Notes under the pieces: model-generated
What the model was told of the DNA's origin: nothing
Seen by the model: only the letters and a program-made list of their open reading frames with translations
The model's database searches: none
Position numbers and translations under genes: made by a program
NCBI GenBank assembly: GCA_964019335.1
Contig: OZ025666.1
Location: 1 to 64,000, forward strand
DNA length: 64,000 bases
Direction of reading: 5' to 3'
Source of the DNA: Diplonema japonicum
Lineage: Eukaryota > Protista > Euglenozoa: Diplonemea
Shown: positions 52,465-63,378 of the stretch, piece after piece
Numbering within the stretch: the stretch's first letter is position 1
Layout of the letters: every line of letters begins with the position of its first letter

Positions 52465-54159
52465 ATGAGTGAATACAAGAATGAATATGAACGGCTAGAC
52501 AACATAGGATGGGGTGGGTACGGACAGGTGTATAGGGGACGGCACACAGCAGATCCCAGCAAGATAGTTGCCATCAAAGTACTGAACTTCGACAACGACG
52601 ACATCGAAGAGCTAATGAAGGAGTGCAGGTTCATGCGGGAGTGCAACCATCCAAACACTGTGAACATCATTGCTAGCATTGTGGTCGGGAGCAAGCTGTG
52701 GATCGTGATGGACTACATGGCAGGGCGCAGCGTGGGTGACGCTGTGAAATATTTAGGAAGCCTCGAAAAGCCCGTTCGGCTGAGCGAGCTACACATTTCA
52801 GTGATACTGAGAGAAGTGTTGAAGGCACTGAAGTACCTCCACTCGCAGGGGAAAACACACAGAGACGTTAAAGCTGCTAACATACTCCTCTCAGGTCAAT
52901 GCGATGTGAAGGTGGCCGATTTTGGTGTCTCGGGGCAACTTAACACCATCAATGTGACAAACAATGGCAACAATAGGCAGCTTGGTATGCAGTCCTATGT
53001 GGGTACACCCCACTTTATGGCTCCAGAGGTCATTGCGCAATCTGCACAGTCTGGCTATGACCAGAAATGCGACATTTGGTCCTTAGGGATCACTGTCTTT
53101 GAGCTGGCCACCGGCGCTGTGCCTTACGACAGGAACCCCATGAAGGCCATCCAAGAGATCCCCATCCTCTCTCCTCCACAACTAAAGGGTGAGTTCAACG
53201 TGCAGTTCAAACAATTCGTCTCATATTGCTTGGTGAAGAATCCTGAACACCGCCCTACCGCAGACGATGTTTACACACACCCCTTTATCACCCTGGGGGG
53301 TGAAACACCCACCTCATACCTGCAGACTGTCTTCGAGCCGTGGTTTGCGAAGATAGGTGTCTTCGATGACGACGATGATGACATCAACCTGGACGACAGC
53401 AACACAGAGGGGAACGAGCATTGCGAACAGAGCCCTAACCCCAAGATAGTGCACCACGATCCAACTCCCAGCAACGACACAGGCGACGAGAACTACAACA
53501 AGTCAGAATGGGACTTCCCAGACACGATGTCGTCACTGTCGGCATCAGGTACCACAGGGCGGCATGCAAGAATACCCTCTTTGGGGGGCACGGGTGGCCT
53601 CTCCTCCTCTTACGGCAACAAGCCAGCTGTGCCGAGGCTCCCTCTCAACTCAGCACTCACCGGGCGTGTCACACCGAAGCTCACACCCAGACTGACCCCC
53701 CGCATCACACCAAGGGAACGAGGAACACCGCTAAGTACACCCAGAGGTGGACAGGTTTCGCTATCAACTGCAGCCTACCAAAGCGTAGTGAAGCCCGCAC
53801 TTGTCAAGCTGTCAAGGTCTAATAAGAGCGCCACAGAGCAGATCGTGAGGCTTACAAGGCTTATTGACGAAGCACAGTCCATTTGCCCAAACTTCTCGGT
53901 CCTCCTCGTGCAACACACAGTGAGATTGCTGTCGCAGTCGCCCACTTACTCCCACCTGCTCCACAAGGATGCTGGTAACACCTGCGCTGGCGTTCCAATA
54001 GCGTCTCCAAGAACTCCAGTTTCGCAGTCCAAGCAGGGTAAGGTGCCTCGTGCCACGACACCCCAAGGCAGCCCAGCCGAGTCCCTGCCGCTAACCGGCC
54101 CCACATCCCTCATGCTTGATTCGTGGATACGAAAGTACAGGACAGAGGACAAGACATAG
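52465..54159 (+). CDS. STE20-family (GCK-III/MST3-like) Ser/Thr kinase
   Basis: KLWIVMDY, HRDVKAANILL, DFGVSGQL, VGTPHFMAPEVI, DIWSLGIT. Confidence 0.9.
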   Translation: MSEYKNEYERLDNIGWGGYGQVYRGRHTADPSKIVAIKVLNFDNDDIEELMKECRFMRECNHPNTVNIIASIVVGSKLWIVMDYMAGRSVGDAVKYLGSLEKPVRLSELHISVILREVLKALKYLHSQGKTHRDVKAANILLSGQCDVKVADFGVSGQLNTINVTNNGNNRQLGMQSYVGTPHFMAPEVIAQSAQSGYDQKCDIWSLGITVFELATGAVPYDRNPMKAIQEIPILSPPQLKGEFNVQFKQFVSYCLVKNPEHRPTADDVYTHPFITLGGETPTSYLQTVFEPWFAKIGVFDDDDDDINLDDSNTEGNEHCEQSPNPKIVHHDPTPSNDTGDENYNKSEWDFPDTMSSLSASGTTGRHARIPSLGGTGGLSSSYGNKPAVPRLPLNSALTGRVTPKLTPRLTPRITPRERGTPLSTPRGGQVSLSTAAYQSVVKPALVKLSRSNKSATEQIVRLTRLIDEAQSICPNFSVLLVQHTVRLLSQSPTYSHLLHKDAGNTCAGVPIASPRTPVSQSKQGKVPRATTPQGSPAESLPLTGPTSLMLDSWIRKYRTEDKT

Positions 54160-54263
54160 AAGTAAACAGCGGCCTTACCTGTCACATACATGTTGCATAT
54201 GCCATCTGAAGGCCTTTGTGGCGCACGACCTGTTTGTTATCAATTACACCACAGCAAAATAAA

Positions 54264-55277
54264 ATGAAAAAGGTTGGAAAGTATAAATTGAAAGAGTCGC
54301 TCGGGAAGGGAGCCTTCAGCGTCGTGCACCACGGGACGGACACGGACACCGGTGGGGAGTACGCGGTGAAGATGTGTGAGAAGTCGAAACTGACAGCGAC
54401 GGACATGCTGGGGGAGCTTGAGAATGAGATAGCAGTACTGAAGAAGATAAAGAGCAGGTACATCGCGAACCTGCTGGATGTGATCCAGACGACACGGTAC
54501 TACTACCTTGTGTTGGATCTGTGCAAGTGCACGTTGTTTGAATGCATTATCAAAAAGAAGGAGCAGAAGTTGACGGAGATTGAGGCCAGGCGGTACTTCC
54601 AGGAGCTATTGCTGGCGGTGTACTCATGCCACCAGCAGGGCGTCATGCACAGGGACATCAAGCCAGAGAATATTCTACTGACGGAGGATGACCACATCAA
54701 GCTGAGTGACTTTGGGTTTGCGTGCCCGGTGTCGAAGAGTGACGACTACAAAACGCAATGCGGGACACGGCAGTACCTGGCGCCCGAGGTGTTCAAACTG
54801 ACAGGGACCACAGCTGACTTTGATGGATATGCAGTGGATGTGTGGAGTTGTGGTGTTGTGCTGTACGTGATGGTGTGTGGGCGGTTGCCCTTTGCAGACC
54901 ATGACCCCGACATCCTGCGGGACAAGATCATCGAAGCAAAGTTTGCGATGCCTGCCACAGTGAGCATAGGCTGCGCGGACGTCATAAGCAGAGTATTGAA
55001 TCCGAGCCCTTTGGAACGGCCCACCATCTTCCAGATCATGGAGCTCCCATGGTTTAAAGAAGGCTTTGATCCAAACCTGCTGGAAGAGATCAATAACGAA
55101 TTGCGCCAGGCCCGCTCCATCAGCATTGAGCCCATCCCCAGACAGCTTAACAGGCACATCCCCGCGACGTTGTCTTCCTTCTCTTCCCCGCAGCTCGTCG
55201 AGTCTTCGTCTTACCACCACTCCTCTATGAGCTTCCCCACTTCTTATTCTGCCCATATACCCATGCATGGACATTGA
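54264..55277 (+). CDS. CAMKL/SNF1-CIPK-like Ser/Thr kinase
   Basis: GKGAFS, EARRYFQEL, HRDIKPEN, DFG, CGTRQYLAPE, DVWSCGVVLYVM. Confidence 0.9.
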   Translation: MKKVGKYKLKESLGKGAFSVVHHGTDTDTGGEYAVKMCEKSKLTATDMLGELENEIAVLKKIKSRYIANLLDVIQTTRYYYLVLDLCKCTLFECIIKKKEQKLTEIEARRYFQELLLAVYSCHQQGVMHRDIKPENILLTEDDHIKLSDFGFACPVSKSDDYKTQCGTRQYLAPEVFKLTGTTADFDGYAVDVWSCGVVLYVMVCGRLPFADHDPDILRDKIIEAKFAMPATVSIGCADVISRVLNPSPLERPTIFQIMELPWFKEGFDPNLLEEINNELRQARSISIEPIPRQLNRHIPATLSSFSSPQLVESSSYHHSSMSFPTSYSAHIPMHGH

Positions 55278-56879
55278 GTTTCCTCTTCTAGTTCTGGTTA
55301 GTTAAGTGTTTGCAATGTCTCTTTGTCACAGGGAAGTGGGTTGTAGGTAGCAAATAATTTTAGGTACAGAAGTTGTTTTTCTTTTTTCCTTTTTCTTTTC
55401 TTGGTGGATTGCAACACATATTCACCTCAATCATCCCCCCCCCTTTTTTTTTACGTCTTCTCGTGCATGAAAATTATGCCCTTTCGTGTGGATAATTTTT
55501 CACCCCCCTTCCCCCCGCCACCAACTTCACCCCCTTTTTTTTTCGTCCCATCTATTTCCGTGGTACTTAGCCCCTGCCCCTTTACCCCCTTCGTTTTACT
55601 TAAGTTTCTCTTCCTTTTTCTCTTTGACGCGGGTGGCATTATTGAAAATATGAGTGGGTTTTTTCCCATTTTTTCCCCCACCTGGAAATCTGCACCGACG
55701 CTGGGCAATGATCAGGCACGCCCTTCACGCTCACGGGACGTGCACAGTCGGTGTGTGTGTGTGTTCAAAAATTCAGCTAGTCCTCGGAGCGGATTTTCAG
55801 TGGGGAAAAAAAAAAGAAAAACTCTCACATGTCAAAGCAGTGAGGTGGTTTTCATCTCACTGCTTTTCTTTTTCTTTTGTTTTCTGGTGAGTCGTTGCTA
55901 GCACGCCTTCCCATCATTGTGAATTCCCTCCTCTGTTCTTTCTTTTCTTCTGAGAACACCCTCTTTTTTTTTTTTACAACAAAAAAAAAAAAAAAAAAAG
56001 CGGTTCTGCATATCATAACCCCGAGAGGGAAAGGTTCGACCCGAACGAGAGAAGGGAGGAGAAGAAGAAGAAAAAAGAGTCAGGCCTAAAGGCCCTGTAC
56101 ACTTTAATTAGCTTTCCCCTCCATAACTTTTTTATCTGTTTTAGGTTCCTTGTTGTACCCTTTTCTCCCTTCAAGTTCTTCTTATGTTATTTTGGCAAAA
56201 TGCGTGAAAGAAACAAACAAAGAAGGAAAAGGAATCCACAAGTATCCCCTTTATGGCACTATGTAGTACCCCCCCCTTTTTTAGATAACATTGGTAGCCC
56301 AACGATGTGGGAGGTTTCTTGTGTCCTCTGACCAATTCAGCTGAAGTAACTTTACAGTACTGAAGGCCACAATGGGTAGTAAAGGAAAAGATGAAGCGAG
56401 GGAAAGAAAATGAAAAAAAAAAGAGAAAAAAAAAAAAAGCAAAGTAACCAGTTAGATACGACGAAGAAAGTAAATAGGAAGTGAGAAGAATAGAATGTTG
56501 TCCCACCTCTCCTTAAGCCCCCGTCACTACTCTTCTTTCCTTTGTCCCCAATACAAACAAAAGGGGCATGTGTATCGAGGGCGTAGCCCCTCCACGCCCC
56601 TTCTTGAGGTACAAAAAGGGCCGTTCAGTGCTGCCTACCCCGTCTACCCCCCTGTAACGTCTTTGTCTTCTTTCGTTAAGCAAAACAAAAGCATCACAAA
56701 GAGTTCCCCCTTCTCCGGTAATTTCTTTTTATTCTCCATTTTCCTCCCCCCCCCCCCCCCATCTTCTTTCTTTTCTTTCACCCCCCTTTTTTTTTCACCC
56801 CTCTTTAACATAAGTATTATTTTCACTCCTTTACACATGACACCTTTTTACCTACAAAGTGCCGTTGACACCTGCTATG

Positions 56880-57479
56880 CATGCTTTGCATAAGTATGTC
56901 ATTCTGATACACTATTACGTGCTGCGCTGTGTGTGCGTGGGATGTACCATAGGGAGTGGGGTGCGGTTTTCAAGGAAAAGTGACGACGGGAAGTATCACG
57001 TGCACAGTCCCAAAGAAGCTGCGTTGTGGGTGGTTGGGTTTGCGCTAACTGGTATGGCGGCGGGGTTGGTGCTGAGTGTTCTTGCGATGCGGAAGGACGT
57101 TGATGCAAAGGTGAAGAAGTTGGTAAAGAACCGGACCCAGCGCGTTCTGGACGTGATAACACCCATATTTTTTGTCTTTGGCACCATCCTGGGTGGCGTC
57201 GCCACAAGTGATGGGGGATGGGTAGTCTCTGATGGGTGTTCTAGCCTCAGCCTTGCCTTCATAATCTGGTCCATTTGGGCTTTCGTTGAGTCTCTCGAAG
57301 ACTGCATTGCTGTGACCGACCCCTCTGCTTCCTACGCCCAGCCCTCTGTCACTGTTTCCCAAGAGACGATGGCCTCTCGCAAGCAGCCGCGACCCCGTAT
57401 CCCCATGAGGAGGCAACGCCCCCGCAACAACACTGCGCCAAATCCACTTAATTTCACTTCCGTCATAAACTCACGGTAG
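56880..57479 (+). CDS. Hypothetical multi-pass membrane protein (start and first exon uncertain)
   Basis: Three to four hydrophobic segments in ORF 56859..57479. Confidence 0.55.
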   Translation, partial: HALHKYVILIHYYVLRCVCVGCTIGSGVRFSRKSDDGKYHVHSPKEAALWVVGFALTGMAAGLVLSVLAMRKDVDAKVKKLVKNRTQRVLDVITPIFFVFGTILGGVATSDGGWVVSDGCSSLSLAFIIWSIWAFVESLEDCIAVTDPSASYAQPSVTVSQETMASRKQPRPRIPMRRQRPRNNTAPNPLNFTSVINSR

Positions 57480-57519
57480 CTATTCACAACACATACAACA
57501 CAGCACGCCTACAGGTAAC

Positions 57520-58323
57520 ATGTACTCCAACTACACTATGACGCCGCGCAGCAGGCCCACCACTCCAGCAGGCCAGATAACGCGGCGGGCTAGCAGATCC
57601 CCAGCTGCCAGCAGGGGTGCGCTTAGCACGATGGGTGTAAACACAACAGAAAGAGACAGGGCACTGCTGATGCTTGAGAGAAGGAAAAAGGAGATGGAAA
57701 GAGAGCAGGAGTTCAAGCTGAAGAGGGGCGATTTGGGGTACGCAGAAAAGAGGTTCCAGATGGAGGTGAGAAATGAGCTGAGCAAGCACCATGACATGCA
57801 TCATGTGCCGCAGTACGGGGCACCACCTCCTGACATGGTGAACAACAGGTACCAGAAGCTCTATGAGACGCACCACCAGGAACAGCAGGTGCAGTACGCC
57901 CCTGCTACTCTTCCTGCGAAGTGGGCACCCAAACACCTGCCACCACTTCACGAGGACGAGAAGCACATCATCCTGAAGTGCGTCAGGTGCATCACGGAGT
58001 CTGCCTACATCAACAACTCAGGTGAGTTCCGTGCCAGGATCGGCATGAACAGGGGCGACGCTAGGCGGCTCTATGAGACTCTCTGCGCAGACCGATCGGA
58101 CTGGTCGCACATCGACACCAACGCGCACATGTGGTACCTCATCAACAACTCGATGAACGAGGTGGTGAACAACTCCATCTGTAGGGAATGGGGCAGGTGG
58201 TTCGGTTCCGTGTCACGCAGAAGGGTTGACGACTTGTACGCAAAGCTTGACGGCAGCGGGAAGATGATCATGAAGTACAACGGACGTGTTGTCGGGCTGG
58301 CCACACCTGGCTTGTTCAGGTAG
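57520..58323 (+). CDS. Hypothetical protein
   Basis: 267-aa ORF, coding-like composition, AG acceptor just upstream of ATG. Confidence 0.7.
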   Translation: MYSNYTMTPRSRPTTPAGQITRRASRSPAASRGALSTMGVNTTERDRALLMLERRKKEMEREQEFKLKRGDLGYAEKRFQMEVRNELSKHHDMHHVPQYGAPPPDMVNNRYQKLYETHHQEQQVQYAPATLPAKWAPKHLPPLHEDEKHIILKCVRCITESAYINNSGEFRARIGMNRGDARRLYETLCADRSDWSHIDTNAHMWYLINNSMNEVVNNSICREWGRWFGSVSRRRVDDLYAKLDGSGKMIMKYNGRVVGLATPGLFR

Positions 58324-58428
58324 CAGGCCGTGTTATTTGTGTCAAATTAGATTTAGATGTTGATGTTGATGCTATTTCGCTGTTCTTCTTCGTGCTGCAA
58401 CGTATTCAGTTACTCTTTACACATAACA

Positions 58429-59043
58429 ATGGCTCTGTGCAAAACTTGCGAAATCTTGTGGTGCTGGGCTTCGTGTGGTGAAGACTGTGATGAACCAGCG
58501 TGTCCAGGGGCGCATGTAGGAGATATTGGGTGCAGGGGAATGGTGCCGAAGGACATCTTGTTGAAGGTGGCGAAACAAGGGCGGCAATGGTTGAAGAACG
58601 CTAACAAGTCTGCTTTGCAGAAAATGACAAAAGACATGGAAGCTTGCGGGGTAAACATATGCCACGCACGCAGAAAGGTGAAGGACTCAGACTTGGAGTC
58701 TCTGTTTGATACTCTCATGCAGCACCTAACGTTTCTCCCTATCGATACTTTGTCTGACAACTTCCGGAGGTGTTTGCGCTTCTTCGTAGTTACCTTCAAC
58801 CGCGTGGCCTGTCCGTAAGCGAAGGCCCATCCCAAACAATAGACCAGGCTATCAATCTATGTCTACTTTGCCGGTGAAGAACACACTTTCTCTGCCGCAG
58901 CTATCAGATATCCTAACAAACCACATACAACAGGCACTGATGGTGTGCTAACACCCAAGGCAGTTAGTGCCCTTAGAACGTAGATCTCGCTGTGCATCAC
59001 GGCCTCTCTCCAGTCCACAAGGAAAAGCACTTTTTCCTCTTAG
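58429..59043 (+). CDS. Hypothetical protein with Cys-rich N-terminus; probably spliced (intron 58815-58842 and one more)
   Basis: CKTC...C..C...C..P.C.GAH possible zinc site; frame continues after a GT-AG intron. Confidence 0.5.
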
Positions 59044-59379
59044 CTACTTAGTCAGTATTCAGTCCAGAACGAACGAAACCCAACAGGCTGTCAGAGGGCT
59101 GCGGTCTGTCAACTCGACTTGGTGTTAAGCACACACAACTTCCTAAAGAAGAGAATGTGTAGTTGACACTTCCAGTATTTGTTAAGTCGGTTACCTCTCC
59201 CTCTCTTGTACCACAAAGGCCACACTGGTCATCTAGCACTTGTTTATCTTTTTTACTTATTTCTGTATTAGGTAGCTGGCCTGGCGCACACTGCGACGGG
59301 CACCAGCGTGACCGTTACACTCCCTTTCTCAGTTGTTATTCTTAGTTCACTCACATTCTTTTTCAAAATTAAATAGGAA

Positions 59380-61041
59380 ATGAGCCTCTCACCGCCCTCT
59401 CTCGCCAGCGGGCTGGAAAAGAGGTTACACGAAGCTACGCTCGAGGCACAGGCGCTAGCCTTGGGCAATGTTGTGGTCGATGCAAATGCGAAAACTATGG
59501 TAGCACAGCATGAGGTGCATCTGCAGTCGATGATGACACATGAGGCAGGGGTTGAGATTGAGAAAAGCAGCCACGTGCTGGAGATAGCGAAGAGGGACAC
59601 AGACACAGCACATGCAGCCGTCGCGACCTTAAGCAGCGAGCTGTCTGCGTCGAAGGCTGAGCTCCGAAAGCGCACAATGGAGCATGCAGAAAGTGTCAAT
59701 TTAGTATCAGAGCTGCGCATGGGACACCAAGTACTAACAGAGAAGCTGTTGATGACAGAGCGCATCATGTCTCAGACACTCACAGACACGCAGCTGGCAC
59801 GACAAGAAGCCGATACGCACCGTGTGCAGATCACTTCACACAAGTCAGACCTCACGGATAAAGTGTTGGAAGAGGAGCATATCCTTGTGCAGCTTTCAAA
59901 GTTAGAAGCGGAGCTTGAGGGAAAGGTTTCAGTTCTTAGCAGCACAAGAAATGCGTTCACAGAAGCAGAAGAAAGAGAGCGCCAGGCAATCACAAGACTG
60001 TCGATGCTCGCAGAGGCATCTGGGGCGTGCAAGGCCAAGGTCACAGGCTATTCCACGCAGTTGAATGACACACTTACGATAGACAAGTTGAACCGAGAAG
60101 CTCATGGCGAGACACAACACATGGTGAGCGTGCTGCAGACTGAGGTTACGGAGCAGGACTTGGTGACAGCTGCAGAGGAAGCTAAACTCCAGGAGTTGAT
60201 CAAAAGCCTGCGACAGCAGGAGATAGTGGTCGCTGGTGAGCGTGATGCTGCAATGAAGAAGAAGCAGTGCTTAGCATCGGCGCAAGAACAGGAACGTAGA
60301 GCTTCTGAGAAGTCCCTCCAGTCACAGCGCGATATCCACAAGCTGGAAGATGTACTGTCTATTGCCAACATGGAGTTCGAGAAGGTCCTTCAGGAAGAGA
60401 AGGAGGTTAGTGTGATGTTAAACCCTCTGCACCACGATGTTGAGACTTTGAGGACGTCTTTTACCTCGTTGGCCGTCGCTGTTGATGGCTTGAAGGAGGA
60501 GTGCCTCCGCCAGCAGGCAAACGCGAAAGAGACAACAGGCTACAGGGCGTTGCTGACCAATAAAACCGCTACACTCACCGTTGCAGAGGGAGCTGCTGAA
60601 GAGAAGCTGAAGTTGCTTGAGAATAAACTGCGAGCCACAGCAGATGAGGCCGAGCTGCAAAGGACGGAACTTGCAGCACTCACTATCGAGTGCAACAACG
60701 GCAACGAATTAGAGACGAAAACAGCTCTCAACCTTGCGCAACACGAAGAGCGAACGAGAGCCCTCGCTGCGTCCCTGAGCGACGCGGAGATGGTGCTGCA
60801 GCAGACAGCGCTCAACGAGCGCAACAGCACGTCTGCACACCTGTCTGCGTGCCAGCACCTCGAAGAGCACGACAAGCTGCTCTCTGAAGCGCAGGGCATG
60901 ATGCGCCGCAGCCAGGCAGCTTACCTCGATGCCTCACGCAGCCTCGATGGCATCCCCATCCCTGTCCCACGACCTTTGTCCGCCCACACCATCCCCGTCC
61001 CTGCTCCCGTGTCGCGAATCACGTCGCCCACACGCCTCTGA
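59380..61041 (+). CDS. Long coiled-coil protein
   Basis: 553-aa heptad-rich ORF. Confidence 0.75.
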   Translation: MSLSPPSLASGLEKRLHEATLEAQALALGNVVVDANAKTMVAQHEVHLQSMMTHEAGVEIEKSSHVLEIAKRDTDTAHAAVATLSSELSASKAELRKRTMEHAESVNLVSELRMGHQVLTEKLLMTERIMSQTLTDTQLARQEADTHRVQITSHKSDLTDKVLEEEHILVQLSKLEAELEGKVSVLSSTRNAFTEAEERERQAITRLSMLAEASGACKAKVTGYSTQLNDTLTIDKLNREAHGETQHMVSVLQTEVTEQDLVTAAEEAKLQELIKSLRQQEIVVAGERDAAMKKKQCLASAQEQERRASEKSLQSQRDIHKLEDVLSIANMEFEKVLQEEKEVSVMLNPLHHDVETLRTSFTSLAVAVDGLKEECLRQQANAKETTGYRALLTNKTATLTVAEGAAEEKLKLLENKLRATADEAELQRTELAALTIECNNGNELETKTALNLAQHEERTRALAASLSDAEMVLQQTALNERNSTSAHLSACQHLEEHDKLLSEAQGMMRRSQAAYLDASRSLDGIPIPVPRPLSAHTIPVPAPVSRITSPTRL

Positions 61042-61175
61042 GCTCTGAAACACCTTTGTATTTGTATTTAGTTTGTAGTTAACCCCTGTACAAGTTACTG
61101 TTCTTTTTTATTTATTATTCTTCTTCTTGACACGTGTCCCTCAGAGCAAAAAGAAGGAAAAAAAAAGAAAAGAAA

Positions 61176-61580
61176 ATGTTCCGTGCGTTCACGTCCCGTG
61201 TGGCACCCATCGCCCGCCAGAGATTCGCGAGGTGTGTACAACTTTTTTTTTATACCCTTTTTCTAATAATGTCCTACAGAACTTACTTCCTGGACCGTGA
61301 CGACACCGAGAGGAGAGTCATGGAGTGCGTGACTAACTTCCAGAAGGTGCCTGCTGACAAGGTTGCCCCCGCTGCTCACTTCATCAACGATCTGGGTCTT
61401 GACTCCCTTGACCAGGTGGAGGTGGTCATGGCTTTCGAGCAGGAGTTCATGGTGGACATTCCTGACAACGAGGTGTGCTACTAGGGGAAAGGGGAGGAAC
61501 CTAAACCACAACAGGCCGAGAAGATCCTCACCATCGACGCAGCTACAGAGTACATCGCGAACCACCCCCAGGCGAGGTAA
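61176..61580 (+). CDS. NDUFAB1: Mitochondrial acyl carrier protein (two introns)
   Basis: MFRAFTSR targeting peptide; DLGLDSLDQVEVVMAFEQEF..DIPDNE|AEKILTI. Confidence 0.92.
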
Positions 61581-62064
61581 CTCCTTCGCTTCCCTGTTCT
61601 ATGTTTCTTCATTTTTTATTTCTGTACATCCTTTTTTTTTTTGAGTGTTTTATTTTTTTCTCTTTGATGTAAATGGTACTGTACAAGAAAGGGAGGGAAA
61701 AAAAAAAGGAGGAGAGGGTGAGTGTTGGGAGGGAGTGCTTAAAACTGCTTTTGAGGAAGCTAGTATTTTAACCCCCTTTTTTAAAAATTTTCTTTTAGAA
61801 GTGAGCACGCTCCTTCCCCACCACTTTGCACGCCTCTCATTTCCTTTCTCTCTCTCCTTGCTGCCCTATTTACATGTTCAGATGCCCCAGCCCAGTTTCT
61901 CCCTTTAGTGTTTTTTTCTTCTTTTTTTTCTTTTCTTTTTTCTTTTCCCCTTCTTTTCTATCATAAACCTATAGCTGGCCTTTTGGGACTGGTGTTAGAC
62001 AAGTTCTATGATTATCTAAATTGGAATACAGGTGAATACACAAGACAAAGAAAAAAAAGTCGAA

Positions 62065-62280
62065 ATGGCGAGCAAGTTTCTGAACCAAGTGATCTGGTTT
62101 CTCGTGTGGTTGTTCATTAGCTGGCCTGTTGCCGCTTTCTGTACATTCTTCTATATCTTTTTGAATGCATTCAGGGCTTGCTGTCCCTGTGTGAAGGGGA
62201 TAACGGAGTTCTGTCATAAAGGAGTTGACTTCACAGGCACAGCCAGTGACGGTGTTGTAAACGGTGACCAGCTGTGCTAG
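62065..62280 (+). CDS. Small Cys-containing membrane protein
   Basis: WFLVWLFISWPVAAFCTFFYIFL..F.ACCP. Confidence 0.6.
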   Translation: MASKFLNQVIWFLVWLFISWPVAAFCTFFYIFLNAFRACCPCVKGITEFCHKGVDFTGTASDGVVNGDQLC

Positions 62281-62685
62281 GCGGGACTAGGCGGGAACTA
62301 GGCGATGTATCTCCTGTTGCCCCTCGCTCCCCTCCTCCCTCCTCCCTCCTTCTCCCTTCTCCTCTTAAATGAGTGTGCTTCGATAGAGTCCCAGCAGTAG
62401 TCCTTCTACAACTCAATCTTCATAAGATCTTTTCTTCTTCGGCCCGTTGTGCGGTGACCCTTGTTCCCGTAAGATGTCGCAGCTCATTGACGCCGAGGTC
62501 CATAGGGTATTGATACCCACCCATGTCTTTTCACTCCTTGCTTATGAGCTTTTTCTTTTTCTTTGTAGTATTAACCACCTGGTCCCCCCTCCTACGTTTT
62601 CGAATGTTTTCCCTTTTTTTTTTCCAACTTTTCGTTGTCAACCCCGAATCACAACCCTGGCAAGGTATCAGGGGAAAACCAGAAG

Positions 62686-63159
62686 ATGAACTTCGAACAC
62701 GGCAGGACAGAGCAAGAGGTGGGGATGGAGATGTTGGCAGACTCGTGTGCAATGAGGTCCTGCATGGCGGGTGGGGGCGGGTACGTGATGGGTGGTGCGT
62801 TTTCTATATTTGGTATGATGCTCGGTGGCAGTCAGATGGACAACGTGGGTGTGAAGGAGTTCTGGAGGCGTGCTGGAAAGAACGCAGTGCGGATGGGTAA
62901 GGGGTTCGCTGTCTTCGGTTTCTTCTTCAGTGGCTTCGAAGCCGTCCTCGAGAAGCGACGGGGAAAACACGACTGGAAAAACGCAGGCATCGCTGGTGGT
63001 GTCATCGGTGCCGCGCAGGGCTACAAGTTCGCAGGCCCCCCAGCAGCCATTGCAGGTATGCCCAACCCTTCTTTCTAACAAGCCCAACTAACAAACCCCA
63101 CAGGCGCCGGTGCCGGTGCAGGCTTCTGCGCCCTCATCGACTGGTTCATGGACAATTAA
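62686..63159 (+). CDS. TIM22: Tim17/Tim22/Tim23-family translocase subunit, Tim22-like (5' exons may start at 62474)
   Basis: SCAMRSCMAGGGGYVMGGAF, GKGFAVFG..FSGFE..LEKRRGKHDWKN. Confidence 0.8.
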
Positions 63160-63378
63160 TCACTTGCTTCCACGCCCCCTTTCTATTTTCTTCTTTCTTT
63201 TTATTTTTATTTTATTTTTTACTTTCCCTGTTCCTCATTTTTTTCTTCAAGAGAAGCTTTATGGCATTCACGGTCGGGGGGGGAGGGGGCGTCTCCGTTT
63301 CAGCAGTTCATATGTTATACCTCATTAATCTTTATACCTACAAGCACTGCCCACAGACTGCGACTAAAATGCGGCTAG

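Noticed and set aside
58934-58980. Hairpin followed by AGA resembling a single-hairpin H/ACA RNA
   Set aside because: Overlaps a plausible exon/intron of the 58429 gene and lacks a two-sided pseudouridylation pocket
61176-61580. ACP as a partner of the NRPS (biosynthetic cluster)
   Set aside because: Typical mitochondrial ACP 33 kb away; no tailoring enzymes or PPTase near the NRPS
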